This document shows, piece by piece, positions 49,245 through 58,427 of a stretch of DNA of 64,000 nt; the first letter of the stretch is position 1, and every line of letters starts with the position of its first letter. The position numbers were made by a program, and so were the translations under genes. Origin of the DNA: Candidatus Saccharimonadota bacterium (GTDB lineage Bacteria; Patescibacteriota; Saccharimonadia; Saccharimonadales; UBA4665); contig JAICKC010000003.1 in NCBI GenBank assembly GCA_025928155.1, positions 9,069-73,068 on the forward strand. The letters run 5' to 3'. The notes beneath the pieces are model-generated. The model was not told the DNA's origin and ran no database searches. It saw nothing but the letters and a program-made list of their open reading frames with translations.

Positions 49245-49814
49245 ATGCTGTCTCTACACTTTGCGACCGGAAACGTTGAGAAATTCGAAATTGCCCAAGC
49301 GGCCTGCAAGCCGTTTGGCGTTATGCTCGAGCAAGCTAAGCTCGACATTAACGAAATCCAGAGCGAAGACAGCGAAGTAATTATTCGCGACAAAGCGCAG
49401 AGAGCTTTTGCAGTTCTTAAGCAGCCGGTTATTGTCAGCGACGACTCTTGGAACATACCGGCCTTACGCGGCTTCCCTGGCCCGTACGCAAAATCGATCG
49501 ACCATTGGTTCACGCCGGAAGATTTCCTGAACCTAACGCGCCCGCTGCAAGACCGACGCATTATCCTCGTGCAGCTGCTGGCGTACCAGGACGAACACAC
49601 CCAGAAGGTCTTTCGCAAAGAATACGAAGGCGCGCTGCTTACGGAAGCCCGCGGTTCGTATGGCAGGCCGCTGCAAAAGGTTCTCACCATGCCCAGAGAT
49701 AACGGCTTGAGTGTCGCCGAGGCGTATGACCGGGGCGCCGTTCGTGCCGAACGTGAGGTAGCGGCTGGCTGGCAAGAATTTGCGAGGTGGTTTGTGGAGG
49801 ATGCCCGTGCCTAA
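49245..49814 (+). CDS. Ham1/ITPase-family NTP pyrophosphatase (divergent C-terminus)
   Basis: FATGN..KF, EIQ, SDDS, LRGFPGPYAK. Confidence 0.82.
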   Translation: MLSLHFATGNVEKFEIAQAACKPFGVMLEQAKLDINEIQSEDSEVIIRDKAQRAFAVLKQPVIVSDDSWNIPALRGFPGPYAKSIDHWFTPEDFLNLTRPLQDRRIILVQLLAYQDEHTQKVFRKEYEGALLTEARGSYGRPLQKVLTMPRDNGLSVAEAYDRGAVRAEREVAAGWQEFARWFVEDARA

Positions 49815-50400
49815 GCCTGATGCCCAACGACTGATTGATCTGCAAGAACTCATGATGCAGTTTGCGGCCGTAGACCGCCGAGTTTACTTTCCCGCTCCGA
49901 TGAATCGCGTAGAGAACGACGTTGAGCACACGTACACACTGGCGATGGCGGCATGGTTTTTGGCTCAACACTTTCCGGAGCTTAACCGCGACACGCTTAT
50001 CCACCTGGCTCTGGCACACGACCTACTGGAAGTGCACGCCGGAGACACCTTTGTATACGCCAAGGACGACTCCCTGGCCACCAAACACAAACGCGAGGCT
50101 GCCGCGATCAAGCAACTCAAACAAGAGTGGACGGATTTTCCTGAACTATCGGCAGCTATCGATGAATATGAGAGGCGAGAGTCGCCCGAAGCCAAGTTCG
50201 TTTATGCACTCGATAAGGTCATGGTTATCACTCTTAATATGCTGAGTGGCGGCAGTTCCTGGCGGAAGCATGGCATAACGCTTGAGCAATTCATAGCCGA
50301 AAAGGAAGCCAAAGTGCCGACTTCACCCGAGATATACGCGTACTACGAACAACTTCGGGACATCCTCACCCAAAATCAATCGAAATTCTTCGCCAGTTGA
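49801..50400 (+). CDS. HD-domain phosphohydrolase
   Basis: ENDVEHTY, AHDLLEVHAGDT, EAKFVYALDK. Confidence 0.85.
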   Translation: MPVPKPDAQRLIDLQELMMQFAAVDRRVYFPAPMNRVENDVEHTYTLAMAAWFLAQHFPELNRDTLIHLALAHDLLEVHAGDTFVYAKDDSLATKHKREAAAIKQLKQEWTDFPELSAAIDEYERRESPEAKFVYALDKVMVITLNMLSGGSSWRKHGITLEQFIAEKEAKVPTSPEIYAYYEQLRDILTQNQSKFFAS

Positions 50401-50413
50401 TATACTAACGAGC

Positions 50414-50824
50414 ATGGAACCAGTCGTACACGTCGGTGTAGCCTGTTTTGTCTGGAAAGATGGCAAGTTTCTCATGGGCAGAAGGCGAGCACAGCACGGG
50501 CGTGGCACTTGGAGCGTGCCCGGCGGTCATCTGGAGGTAGGCGAGGCATGGGCGGACTGTGCCGCACGGGAAGTTGCCGAGGAGACCGGGATGCAGATTA
50601 CGAATGCTCGACTGCTGGTTATTACTAATGATGTTTTTCCGGAGTCGGGAAAACACTATGTGTCCATATGGATGAATGCTGATTGGGCTGGTGGTGAACC
50701 CCAAATAATAGAGCCCGACAAATTTGTCGACCAGGGTTGGTACGATTTTCGATCGTTACCAGCTCCGTTGTTTGAGCCCTGTTGGCAGAACTTACGCGGC
50801 GCCCAGCCAGAGCTGTTCGTCTAA
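50414..50824 (+). CDS. NUDIX hydrolase (NUDT15/MTH2-like)
   Basis: PGGHLEVGE...AAREVAEETG, HYV, EPDK, LP.PLF. Confidence 0.9.
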   Translation: MEPVVHVGVACFVWKDGKFLMGRRRAQHGRGTWSVPGGHLEVGEAWADCAAREVAEETGMQITNARLLVITNDVFPESGKHYVSIWMNADWAGGEPQIIEPDKFVDQGWYDFRSLPAPLFEPCWQNLRGAQPELFV

Positions 50825-50858
50825 CCTGATATACTAAAAGCACTGAGCGAAAATAAAC

Positions 50859-51620
50859 ATGGTGCAAGACATTATCCTATTGGTTGCCGGGTTTATCGTC
50901 GGCAGCATGAACGCCATTGCCGGTGGCGGTATGCTGATAGGTTTTCCTGTGCTGATTACCCTGGGCGTACCCGCGCTGTTCGCCAATGCTACCGCCAATA
51001 TCGTGACACTGCCCGGACAGCTGACCTCAGCCTACGGTTATCGGCAGTATATCCGGCGTGTACCGCTGCGGTATGCTCTCTTCCTTCTGCCAATTGTGGT
51101 CGGCGCGGCAGCCGGTGCACTCGCTCTGCGCCACACTCCCCCGGGTAAGTTCGCCGACATGGTGCCATTGCTGTTGTTGTTTGGCGTGGGGCTTTTTACA
51201 TTTCAGCCGCTGCTGCATTTCCATCTGCACAGTCACGTAAAAGGCGAGCGCCGAGGTTGGCTACCCATGGTGTTACTTGGGCTCGTCATCATACCGCTCA
51301 GTGTTTACGGCGGCTACTTCGGGGTCGGTTACGGGTTTATGATGCTGGCCTTCTTGGGCTTCACCAGCCTGCCCGACACCCACATGATGAACGGCATGAA
51401 AAACATCGCGGCCACGTTTGTAGCCGCCACTTCGATGGTTTGCTTATACAGCGGCCATTTTATACATTGGCACGCCGGCCTCGTCATGGCCGTCGGTTCG
51501 ACCATTGGTGGCTACACCGGTGCGCGTAGCGCGCAGAAGTTCTCCAGCCACAAACTGCGCATCGCTATCATTGCCGCCGGACTCGCCGCCGTCGTCTATC
51601 TTGCCTTACGCGAATACTAG
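50859..51620 (+). CDS. TauE/SafE family membrane protein
   Basis: NAIAGGG, ANAT, YGGYFG.G.G motifs. Confidence 0.88.
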   Translation: MVQDIILLVAGFIVGSMNAIAGGGMLIGFPVLITLGVPALFANATANIVTLPGQLTSAYGYRQYIRRVPLRYALFLLPIVVGAAAGALALRHTPPGKFADMVPLLLLFGVGLFTFQPLLHFHLHSHVKGERRGWLPMVLLGLVIIPLSVYGGYFGVGYGFMMLAFLGFTSLPDTHMMNGMKNIAATFVAATSMVCLYSGHFIHWHAGLVMAVGSTIGGYTGARSAQKFSSHKLRIAIIAAGLAAVVYLALREY

Positions 51621-51664
51621 CCTTCCCCTCCGTAATCTGCTAAAATCAATCTGTTATCGAGTGG

Positions 51665-51741
51665 GGCGGCGTAGCTCAGCTGGTTAGAGCACAGGACTCA
51701 TAAGCCTGGGGTCAGTGGTTCAAGTCCACTCGCCGCTACCA
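51665..51741 (+). tRNA. tRNA-Met(CAU), probably elongator
   Basis: GGCGGCG acceptor, TAGCTCAGCTGG, CTCATAA loop, GTTCAAGTC, CCA; lacks the three G-C pairs of initiators; Ile2 not excluded. Confidence 0.92.
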
Positions 51742-51755
51742 AGCAGTACGTGATC

Positions 51756-51778
51756 AGAACGGCCATGCGCCGTTTTTT
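51756..51778 (+). terminator. tRNA-Met terminator
   Basis: AACGGC/GCCGTT hairpin followed by a T-tract. Confidence 0.7.
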
Positions 51779-51826
51779 GCTATTATGTAGGTTGTGAAAA
51801 CAGTGCTGTATGGTGGCGAGGACTAG

Positions 51827-52405
51827 ATGAGTCTTAAACTATTCTTCGGCATCCTATCTCTCATTCCGGCTGTCGCCGCTTACTACTTTTACTTCCGGGA
51901 TATGTTCAGGGGCAAGACCAAGCCGCATGCATTCTCTTGGCTGGTTTGGGGCACGCTATCTGGCGACGGCTTTTTTGCACAGGTCAGTGCGCACGCCGGT
52001 ATTGGGGCCTGGGCAACCGGCCTTACTTCCCTTGCAAGTCTGACGATTGCCCTCTTCGCATTACGAATCGGTGCTACCCGCCCTACCCGTTTTGACTGGA
52101 CGCTTTTGTCGTTAGCCCTAACGGGTTTGCTATTGCTGTTTGTGGTCAAAAATAAAGAAGCGGCGCTCTGCATAACCCTGTTTGCATTAGTGGCGGGGTT
52201 TGCTATGAATATCCGCAAAGCGTACAGGAAACCTTTAGAAGAAAATGCTGTAGCTTTTTGGCTCAATACATTAAAGTTTATACCCGCCATATTTGCACTT
52301 ACTAGCTTTTCATTCCTGACGGTTGCCTACCCTTTCGTTGCCGCGGTGGGTAACGCCGGTGTTGCCCTGACCGTGAATATGCGCAGCAAGATGGCGCACC
52401 GGTAG
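51827..52405 (+). CDS. Hypothetical multi-pass membrane protein (likely paralog of 19226..19828)
   Basis: KPHAFSWLVW and RKAYRKPLEE motifs; about 7 TMs. Confidence 0.7.
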   Translation: MSLKLFFGILSLIPAVAAYYFYFRDMFRGKTKPHAFSWLVWGTLSGDGFFAQVSAHAGIGAWATGLTSLASLTIALFALRIGATRPTRFDWTLLSLALTGLLLLFVVKNKEAALCITLFALVAGFAMNIRKAYRKPLEENAVAFWLNTLKFIPAIFALTSFSFLTVAYPFVAAVGNAGVALTVNMRSKMAHR

Positions 52406-52456
52406 GCGTACGCGGTAAAATAGGGTAGTAGATACAGTCATTAGCAGAGCTATATA

Positions 52457-53224
52457 ATGAACCATAACGAGACACTCGAAAGCACCCCTGAGATTCCGTT
52501 CTCAGTTGAAAACCAAGGGCCGCCGCTCAGTCCTGAAGATCTTCGGGACATCAACATCGGTGCTTACCGCTTTGCCCAAGGTATTCCCGCGAGGCACACG
52601 CCAATCTTGGAGTATGTTCGACTGTATTATGGTGACCGGATTACGGACGACGCACTAAGGCAATCTCTGGAGCTAAGCGTCCAACCTATCAGCCGATTCA
52701 TCAGCCGAGGGGCGGGACTCGTCCACCAAAGTGTAGTCGAGAACGAATCCGATATCGACACGAAGGTTAGAGGCGACCTGGCAGAAGTCGCTGAGCGCTG
52801 GGAAGAGGCGAAACAGCCCGACCTATTAAACCTCCCTGATGTCGTCGGTACTATTATGAAGAACAGTATAGGGAGCGATTATAAGAACCTATGCCAGCAA
52901 GGCGGTCGACTCGGAAGAGGCGCCGATGAAAGGACGAGTGCCCACCCTCATTCGCGGTTTCTCAGCCAGTTCGCCTTTTACGGACTCAGCAGAAACACTA
53001 CCGGCATACTTGTGTATGACGCAATGTTTCGTGACACCGTCGCAGCACTAGATACGTATGGACACGATTGGATGGATACAATAGGCGCTACAGCCGAGGA
53101 TGCTCTGCGCAAAGTGCTGGCCGTGTACGCTGCCCACTACCCGGACGAAATACAGCGGCTACCGGATCAGTGGAGGCTCCCTCCGGACGACGATAGTCAG
53201 CAACCGATGCTTCAGCACGTTTAG
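52457..53224 (+). CDS. Hypothetical protein
   Basis: 255-aa ORF; no recognised motif. Confidence 0.6.
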   Translation: MNHNETLESTPEIPFSVENQGPPLSPEDLRDINIGAYRFAQGIPARHTPILEYVRLYYGDRITDDALRQSLELSVQPISRFISRGAGLVHQSVVENESDIDTKVRGDLAEVAERWEEAKQPDLLNLPDVVGTIMKNSIGSDYKNLCQQGGRLGRGADERTSAHPHSRFLSQFAFYGLSRNTTGILVYDAMFRDTVAALDTYGHDWMDTIGATAEDALRKVLAVYAAHYPDEIQRLPDQWRLPPDDDSQQPMLQHV

Positions 53225-53265
53225 AGAACGGGGAATCGTTACAAATTGCCGCCTCACGGTGAAGC

Positions 53266-53805
53266 TTATTTTCTGCGCTTGACAGGTCGAGGCTGGAGCA
53301 TGCAATACCCCATGACGAGGCAGCCCACGCTCACTAGCCAGCCAAACGCCGCGAGCGCCAAAACAATGTCATCCCGATTTTCCGTAAGTTTGAGCGACTG
53401 CCCGGCGAGCACATAGTAGCTGCCGGCCTTAGTTTCTACGCTGGCAACCCGCACGCCAGACTGCGGCTGCCAGGTCACCGTGTGATACATGCCCGCAGCC
53501 GTGTGCGTGAAGACTCCACTATCCGGATGTGCCAGCTCGCCATTCAGGTAGCCGGTGCCGGCAAGTGGTCGGAAGTTCTGGTCGTATACGACAAAAAATG
53601 GCTGGTACGTTGCCGCTGCGTCCAAATGCATATCCACTAGACTCGCCGGTGACGCTCCGGTTGATAAGCTACTTGCTACCGACTGCGCCAGGGCGATCGG
53701 GGCATCATTCGCCGCTGAGCGGCCGTATTGTTGCGCCACCACATAGATCGTTCCAAACCCAATCGTTACCAATACAGCGAGCAGCAGGGCGTGTAGTTTT
53801 CTCAT
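53266..53805 (-). CDS. Hypothetical two-TM protein with extracytoplasmic domain
   Basis: TM-domain-TM layout; TACAAT 6 nt upstream. Confidence 0.7.
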   Translation of the reverse strand: MRKLHALLLAVLVTIGFGTIYVVAQQYGRSAANDAPIALAQSVASSLSTGASPASLVDMHLDAAATYQPFFVVYDQNFRPLAGTGYLNGELAHPDSGVFTHTAAGMYHTVTWQPQSGVRVASVETKAGSYYVLAGQSLKLTENRDDIVLALAAFGWLVSVGCLVMGYCMLQPRPVKRRK

Positions 53806-53834
53806 ATCTTAATTGTACCCTACAAGCGCAAGCA

Positions 53835-55280
53835 TTATTCGTAGTGAAGTGCTTCGACGGGGTCGAGATGGGCAGCGCGGCGGGCAGGGTAGAGACCGGC
53901 TAATATGCCAATAATTGTCGTGAGAGATACAACGCCTACGATAAGCCAGATGGGGAGAGTGATGATGTTCGACCCGGTAATGCTATTGCTGGAAAGCTGT
54001 TTATTAATGATCGGGTTAGCGGCCAATACTACCCCGTAGCCTACCAATAAGCCGATAATGCCACCGAAGAAGCCGAGCAGGCCTGCTTCAAAGGTGTAAA
54101 GAGCGCTTACCGTGCCGCGGCGTGCGCCCACTGCCCGCATGACGCCGATTTCGCGCGTCCGCTCCAGGATACTCATAATCATGGTGTTCACTACGCCCAC
54201 CGCCGCCACTACCAGCGCGATGCCGCCGATACCGCCAAGCACCAGACCTAAGATGTTAAAGATGGCAAGCTGCTGCTTAATTTCCGTCTGGGCGTCGGCC
54301 GCGCCGATCTTATAGGTGTTACGAATGGTTTTGGCGACCGCGGCGGCATTGGATGACTGGTCAACCTTGACGATATACGAGTTATAGCCTTGCTTCGCCA
54401 ACTCGTCGCTGACCTGTACGGCTGAAGCTACCGGCTGAGTGTTACATCCCTGCGGCGTGTGCTGTTGCCGGCATTTGGCTTGTGCGGCGTCCTGGTCCGC
54501 CTGGGTAACGACCGCCATCTGGTTTTCCTCCATGCCCCGCGCCCAATCCAGCGGCACCCGTATCGCGTAGCTGCGATCGGTCGTGCTGGTGACACCCACG
54601 ATCTTGCCGGTCAGCGTGGTTGGCGCAGGTTGATAATCCTGCCCGTTCGCGCCCGGATGTGAGCTGAAGAACGCCTGCTGATTTTTGGACGCTTGAATCG
54701 GGTCGGAGCCCACGCCGCTGTACCAGCCCTGGGTCATTAACCCCACCTGCTTGCCGATAAGCGCCTGGTAGTTGTGCTTGAAGCCGAGTTTATCGGCATA
54801 GTCAGAGCTTATCGTCAACACGCCGGTTTTATCGCTGGCGCTTATATCACGGCCTGCCAGCACCTGCGTGGTAATAATGCCGTTGGCGTCGTACGCCGAG
54901 ATTTCCTGTGTCCGCAGCTTCTGTGTGCCGTATGTAAGTGCCTGGAATTGCCCGACTTGTGTCTGGCGCGCTACGCCGACAACATGCTGCAGTTGCCCGA
55001 GTTTGGCTGCCAAACTGTCGGTGAGCTTCACACAATCCTGGCATTGGTTACCCGAGTAGTCACCCCAGTTGATATCGGTCTGCGGTGACACCATAATCTG
55101 TTGGAACGTGCCATTGGCCTCGAACTGTTTAGTCATAAAGCCCTTCAGACTGAACACCGCTGCCAGCATGATGGTAATGCTCGTAGCGCCGATAACGACC
55201 GCGAAAATGGTCAGACTGCTACGCAGCTTGGAACGCATGATGTTGCGCAGCGCCAAGGTGACGTAGTCGGCAAATCTCAT
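53835..55280 (-). CDS. MacB/FtsX-family ABC transporter permease
   Basis: RSSLT..VVIG, ERTREIGVMRAVGA, PARRAAHLDPVEAL. Confidence 0.92.
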   Translation of the reverse strand: MRFADYVTLALRNIMRSKLRSSLTIFAVVIGATSITIMLAAVFSLKGFMTKQFEANGTFQQIMVSPQTDINWGDYSGNQCQDCVKLTDSLAAKLGQLQHVVGVARQTQVGQFQALTYGTQKLRTQEISAYDANGIITTQVLAGRDISASDKTGVLTISSDYADKLGFKHNYQALIGKQVGLMTQGWYSGVGSDPIQASKNQQAFFSSHPGANGQDYQPAPTTLTGKIVGVTSTTDRSYAIRVPLDWARGMEENQMAVVTQADQDAAQAKCRQQHTPQGCNTQPVASAVQVSDELAKQGYNSYIVKVDQSSNAAAVAKTIRNTYKIGAADAQTEIKQQLAIFNILGLVLGGIGGIALVVAAVGVVNTMIMSILERTREIGVMRAVGARRGTVSALYTFEAGLLGFFGGIIGLLVGYGVVLAANPIINKQLSSNSITGSNIITLPIWLIVGVVSLTTIIGILAGLYPARRAAHLDPVEALHYE

Positions 55281-55945
55281 GCGATCTTCCCATCCTTTAT
55301 TTGTATAACCCGGTCAGCTTGTCTGGCAATACTCATGTCGTGCGTGATTACTACCAGTGTAATTCCTTGCTTGTTCAGGTCTTTGAGCAGCTTCAGGATC
55401 TCGGCGCCGCGCTCGCTGTCGAGGTTGCCCGTTGGTTCGTCGGCCAAAATAATACTTGGCTTGACTGCCAGAGCACGGGCAATCGCCACACGCTGCCGCT
55501 GACCACCACTTAGCTGGCTTGGTTTGTGCTTAAGCCGATCGCCTAAGCCTACCGCCTCTAGACATTCTTTGGCGCGGGCTTTGCGCTCGCCAGGCTTCAT
55601 GCGGGCAAACAGCAACGGCAACATAACGTTCTCGAGCGCCGTCTGCGTACCCTGCAGGTTAAATGACTGGAACACAAAGCCGATGTGACGGTTGCGGTAG
55701 TCGCTGAGCTGACGGTCGCGCACATGCGACAGATCCTGTCCGTCCACCACCACCGTGCCAGAGGTAGGTTTATCGAGTCCGCCAATAATGTTCGCCAGCG
55801 TCGACTTACCGGAGCCGGACGGCCCGGTTATGGCCACAAACTCGCCGGACTGCACCGTACAGCTCACATTATCAAGTGCGTTCAGCACCTCGTCACCCAG
55901 CCGGTACGTCCGGGTAATGTCTTTGAACTCGATAACGGCGGCCAT
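55277..55945 (-). CDS. ABC transporter ATP-binding protein (LolD/MacB type)
   Basis: GPSGSGKST, LSGGQRQRV, ADEPTGNLD. Confidence 0.95.
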   Translation of the reverse strand: MAAVIEFKDITRTYRLGDEVLNALDNVSCTVQSGEFVAITGPSGSGKSTLANIIGGLDKPTSGTVVVDGQDLSHVRDRQLSDYRNRHIGFVFQSFNLQGTQTALENVMLPLLFARMKPGERKARAKECLEAVGLGDRLKHKPSQLSGGQRQRVAIARALAVKPSIILADEPTGNLDSERGAEILKLLKDLNKQGITLVVITHDMSIARQADRVIQIKDGKIA

Positions 55946-56142
55946 ATTATGCTTAAGATCTTCCTTAAACATAAGGATAACGAAACAATCCCGCCCACAC
56001 AAGCAAGTTTAGGGCCTAGGTGCCGCTTGCGAAAGCCGGTTTTGTCAGAAATTTTACATTATAACCAGGCAACGATGCGCTACTATTGCACGTAATAAGT
56101 ACGTCATTCACACATACTTGCCGGCGTACTGTAGGAGTCTGC

Positions 56143-57045
56143 ATGAAAATACGGTCGAGGATTTTTTACGGTTACGCCATCTTCGTAACGGTATATACTC
56201 TGCTCGCATTACTCCCCGCACCCGACCACACCGCGCTTACCAAATACCACCTCAGCCCTTCCGGTCTGCGCTTGCTTGACATTACGCTGTTAGTGCCTTT
56301 GTACGTCATGTGGTTTGCCATATTTTACGGCTATGCCCGCATGCACCGTTACAGCCAGCTCATTAAGCAGGGCCGCGACGGCAAGCAGGTCGTGAGGCTG
56401 GTGAGAGGGCTGCTCGTGCTGGCGCTGGGTTTACCGCTCAGCTCAATTATTAGCGTAGCGTTTACTCTGATCGCCCGCGTACATCCCGGTTTCCTGGCTG
56501 CGGGCACGATAATCTCAAACTATCTCGGCGTTGTCTACCTGCTCATGGCGTTCATTTTTATCATCATGGGAGCCCGCGGCCTCAATGCATTCTCTGGCAG
56601 CCGCCCCAGTTTTGCCTTGACCCATATGGTAGTAGGAGCAGTTATTGTGCTCGGCGTTATTTTCTGTGATCTGATCGCCCGCGCCCATCACAGTTTGCAG
56701 ACGACCTATCACATGTCGTACGCATTGGTTATGCTGACGTTTGCCATTCCGTATATGTATATATGGTACATGGGCTTGAGCGCCATAGCCGAAATGTATG
56801 TATATAGCAAACAGGTGGCTGGCGTGCTGTACCGCAAAGGATGGAACCGGCTGACGTTTGGGCTCGGGTCTATTATCGCTGTCGACATTGCGCTGCAATA
56901 CCTGAGCACGCTTGTCACCTGGCTCAACGGCTTGTCACTTGCAGGTTTGCTGGGATTGTTATATGTATTACTGCTTCTAATGGCGGTTGGGTTCATAGTA
57001 GTGGCTTTGGGCACTAAAGAGCTAATGAAAATAGAGGAAGCGTGA
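56143..57045 (+). CDS. Hypothetical ~7-TM membrane protein
   Basis: Hydrophobic helices; SD AGGAG before the ATG at 56143; operon with a kinase. Confidence 0.7.
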   Translation: MKIRSRIFYGYAIFVTVYTLLALLPAPDHTALTKYHLSPSGLRLLDITLLVPLYVMWFAIFYGYARMHRYSQLIKQGRDGKQVVRLVRGLLVLALGLPLSSIISVAFTLIARVHPGFLAAGTIISNYLGVVYLLMAFIFIIMGARGLNAFSGSRPSFALTHMVVGAVIVLGVIFCDLIARAHHSLQTTYHMSYALVMLTFAIPYMYIWYMGLSAIAEMYVYSKQVAGVLYRKGWNRLTFGLGSIIAVDIALQYLSTLVTWLNGLSLAGLLGLLYVLLLLMAVGFIVVALGTKELMKIEEA

Positions 57046-57056
57046 AGGCAATATTG

Positions 57057-57308
57057 ATGGCAAAAACCAGCCTGTTTGACGATGTGGTGACTATTACCTA
57101 CGACTACCTTGGACCTGCCGCCGACCGCTTCGTCATACGCCAAATCCGCAACCACCTACAAAAGGATCCGGCCGAGCTCCGCCACCAAGACTTGCGCCAG
57201 CTCATCGACTGGATCCGGCTAGCCATGCGGCTGATCAGCGACGACATCGATGTGGTTGATCGCTACATTGCCGACCTGGAGCATCTAGCACGCATCAAGG
57301 AGCGTTAA
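57057..57308 (+). CDS. Small hypothetical protein
   Basis: YLGPAADRF motif; stop overlaps the kinase start; start 57057 or 57042. Confidence 0.65.
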   Translation: MAKTSLFDDVVTITYDYLGPAADRFVIRQIRNHLQKDPAELRHQDLRQLIDWIRLAMRLISDDIDVVDRYIADLEHLARIKER

Positions 57309-58426
57309 TGGCAGCCAAACGACAGTCCCCGGGCATTAAGCACGTACCAGAAGAATCTCTCCACGACAGCGCCCGGCTTGAGGCATTATTCGCCAGTATC
57401 GGTGAAGGAGTGATTGCTACCGATGAAGCCGGGACTATCACGCGTATCAACAAGTCAGCCCTGGACCTGCTAGGCATGCGCGAGCATGATGTGCTGCACA
57501 AACCATTCCTAAACACCGTTATTTCAGTACATGACAATGGTAAACCGCTCGACGCTTTTGAGCGTGATATTGTCCGCGCATTCCAGACCGGCAAGTCGGT
57601 GAGCGCCCGGCGGCTTTACCAGAAAAAAGGCGGTGCGCTCCTACCCGTCTACCTTACCGTGTCGCCCATTATTTACCGACGGCGACCTATTGGTGCCATC
57701 GAGGTATTCCGCGACCTCACCAGCGAAATCGAGAACGATAAGCTCAAATCCGACTTTATCTCGATCGCTTCGCACCAATTGCGCACGCCTTTGAGCGCCA
57801 TAAACATGTACGCTCTGATGCTGCGCGACGGCCTAGCTGGCGAACTTACCGAAGAGCAGCTAACGTACATACGCACCATCCTGAAATCAGCTGAACGCAT
57901 GAATACGCTCATCGATACCCTGCTCAACATCACCCGCATAGAAGCCGGCAGCATCAAGATCAAAGTCCAACCCGTGCGTCTCGACAAACTTGCCCAGGAA
58001 ATGCTTGCCGAATTTATACCGACTGCACGAGCCAAACGTCTCACTCTTACCGCCGAAATTCCTGCTACTATACCAGCGATTCATACTGACAACCTGCTCG
58101 TTAAAGAAGTTTGCGCCAACCTGCTCAGCAACGCCGTGAAGTATACTCCCGAAGGTGGATCGGTGTATCTCAAGCTTGCTGAAACTCCGCAGGAAATCCG
58201 CTGGACAGTGCGCGACACCGGCTACGGCATACCGGCGAACGAACAAAAGAACATCTTCCTCAAGTTCTTCCGGGCTGAGAACATTCTGGACAAAGATGTG
58301 AGCGGCACCGGCCTAGGACTTTATCTTATCAAAAACATTGCTGAATCTTTGGGCGGTGACCTATGGTTTGAAAGCGCCGAAAATGCCGGCTCAACCTTCC
58401 ACTTTTCACTCCCCAAAAACCTATAG
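57308..58426 (+). CDS. PAS-domain cytoplasmic histidine kinase
   Basis: SIGEGVIATD PAS, ASHQLRTP, NAVKYT, DTGYGI, GTGLGL. Confidence 0.92.
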   Translation: MAAKRQSPGIKHVPEESLHDSARLEALFASIGEGVIATDEAGTITRINKSALDLLGMREHDVLHKPFLNTVISVHDNGKPLDAFERDIVRAFQTGKSVSARRLYQKKGGALLPVYLTVSPIIYRRRPIGAIEVFRDLTSEIENDKLKSDFISIASHQLRTPLSAINMYALMLRDGLAGELTEEQLTYIRTILKSAERMNTLIDTLLNITRIEAGSIKIKVQPVRLDKLAQEMLAEFIPTARAKRLTLTAEIPATIPAIHTDNLLVKEVCANLLSNAVKYTPEGGSVYLKLAETPQEIRWTVRDTGYGIPANEQKNIFLKFFRAENILDKDVSGTGLGLYLIKNIAESLGGDLWFESAENAGSTFHFSLPKNL

Positions 58427-58427
58427 C

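Noticed and set aside
51742..53265. Genomic island at tRNA-Met
   Set aside because: No duplicated tRNA-Met 3' end found downstream and no integrase
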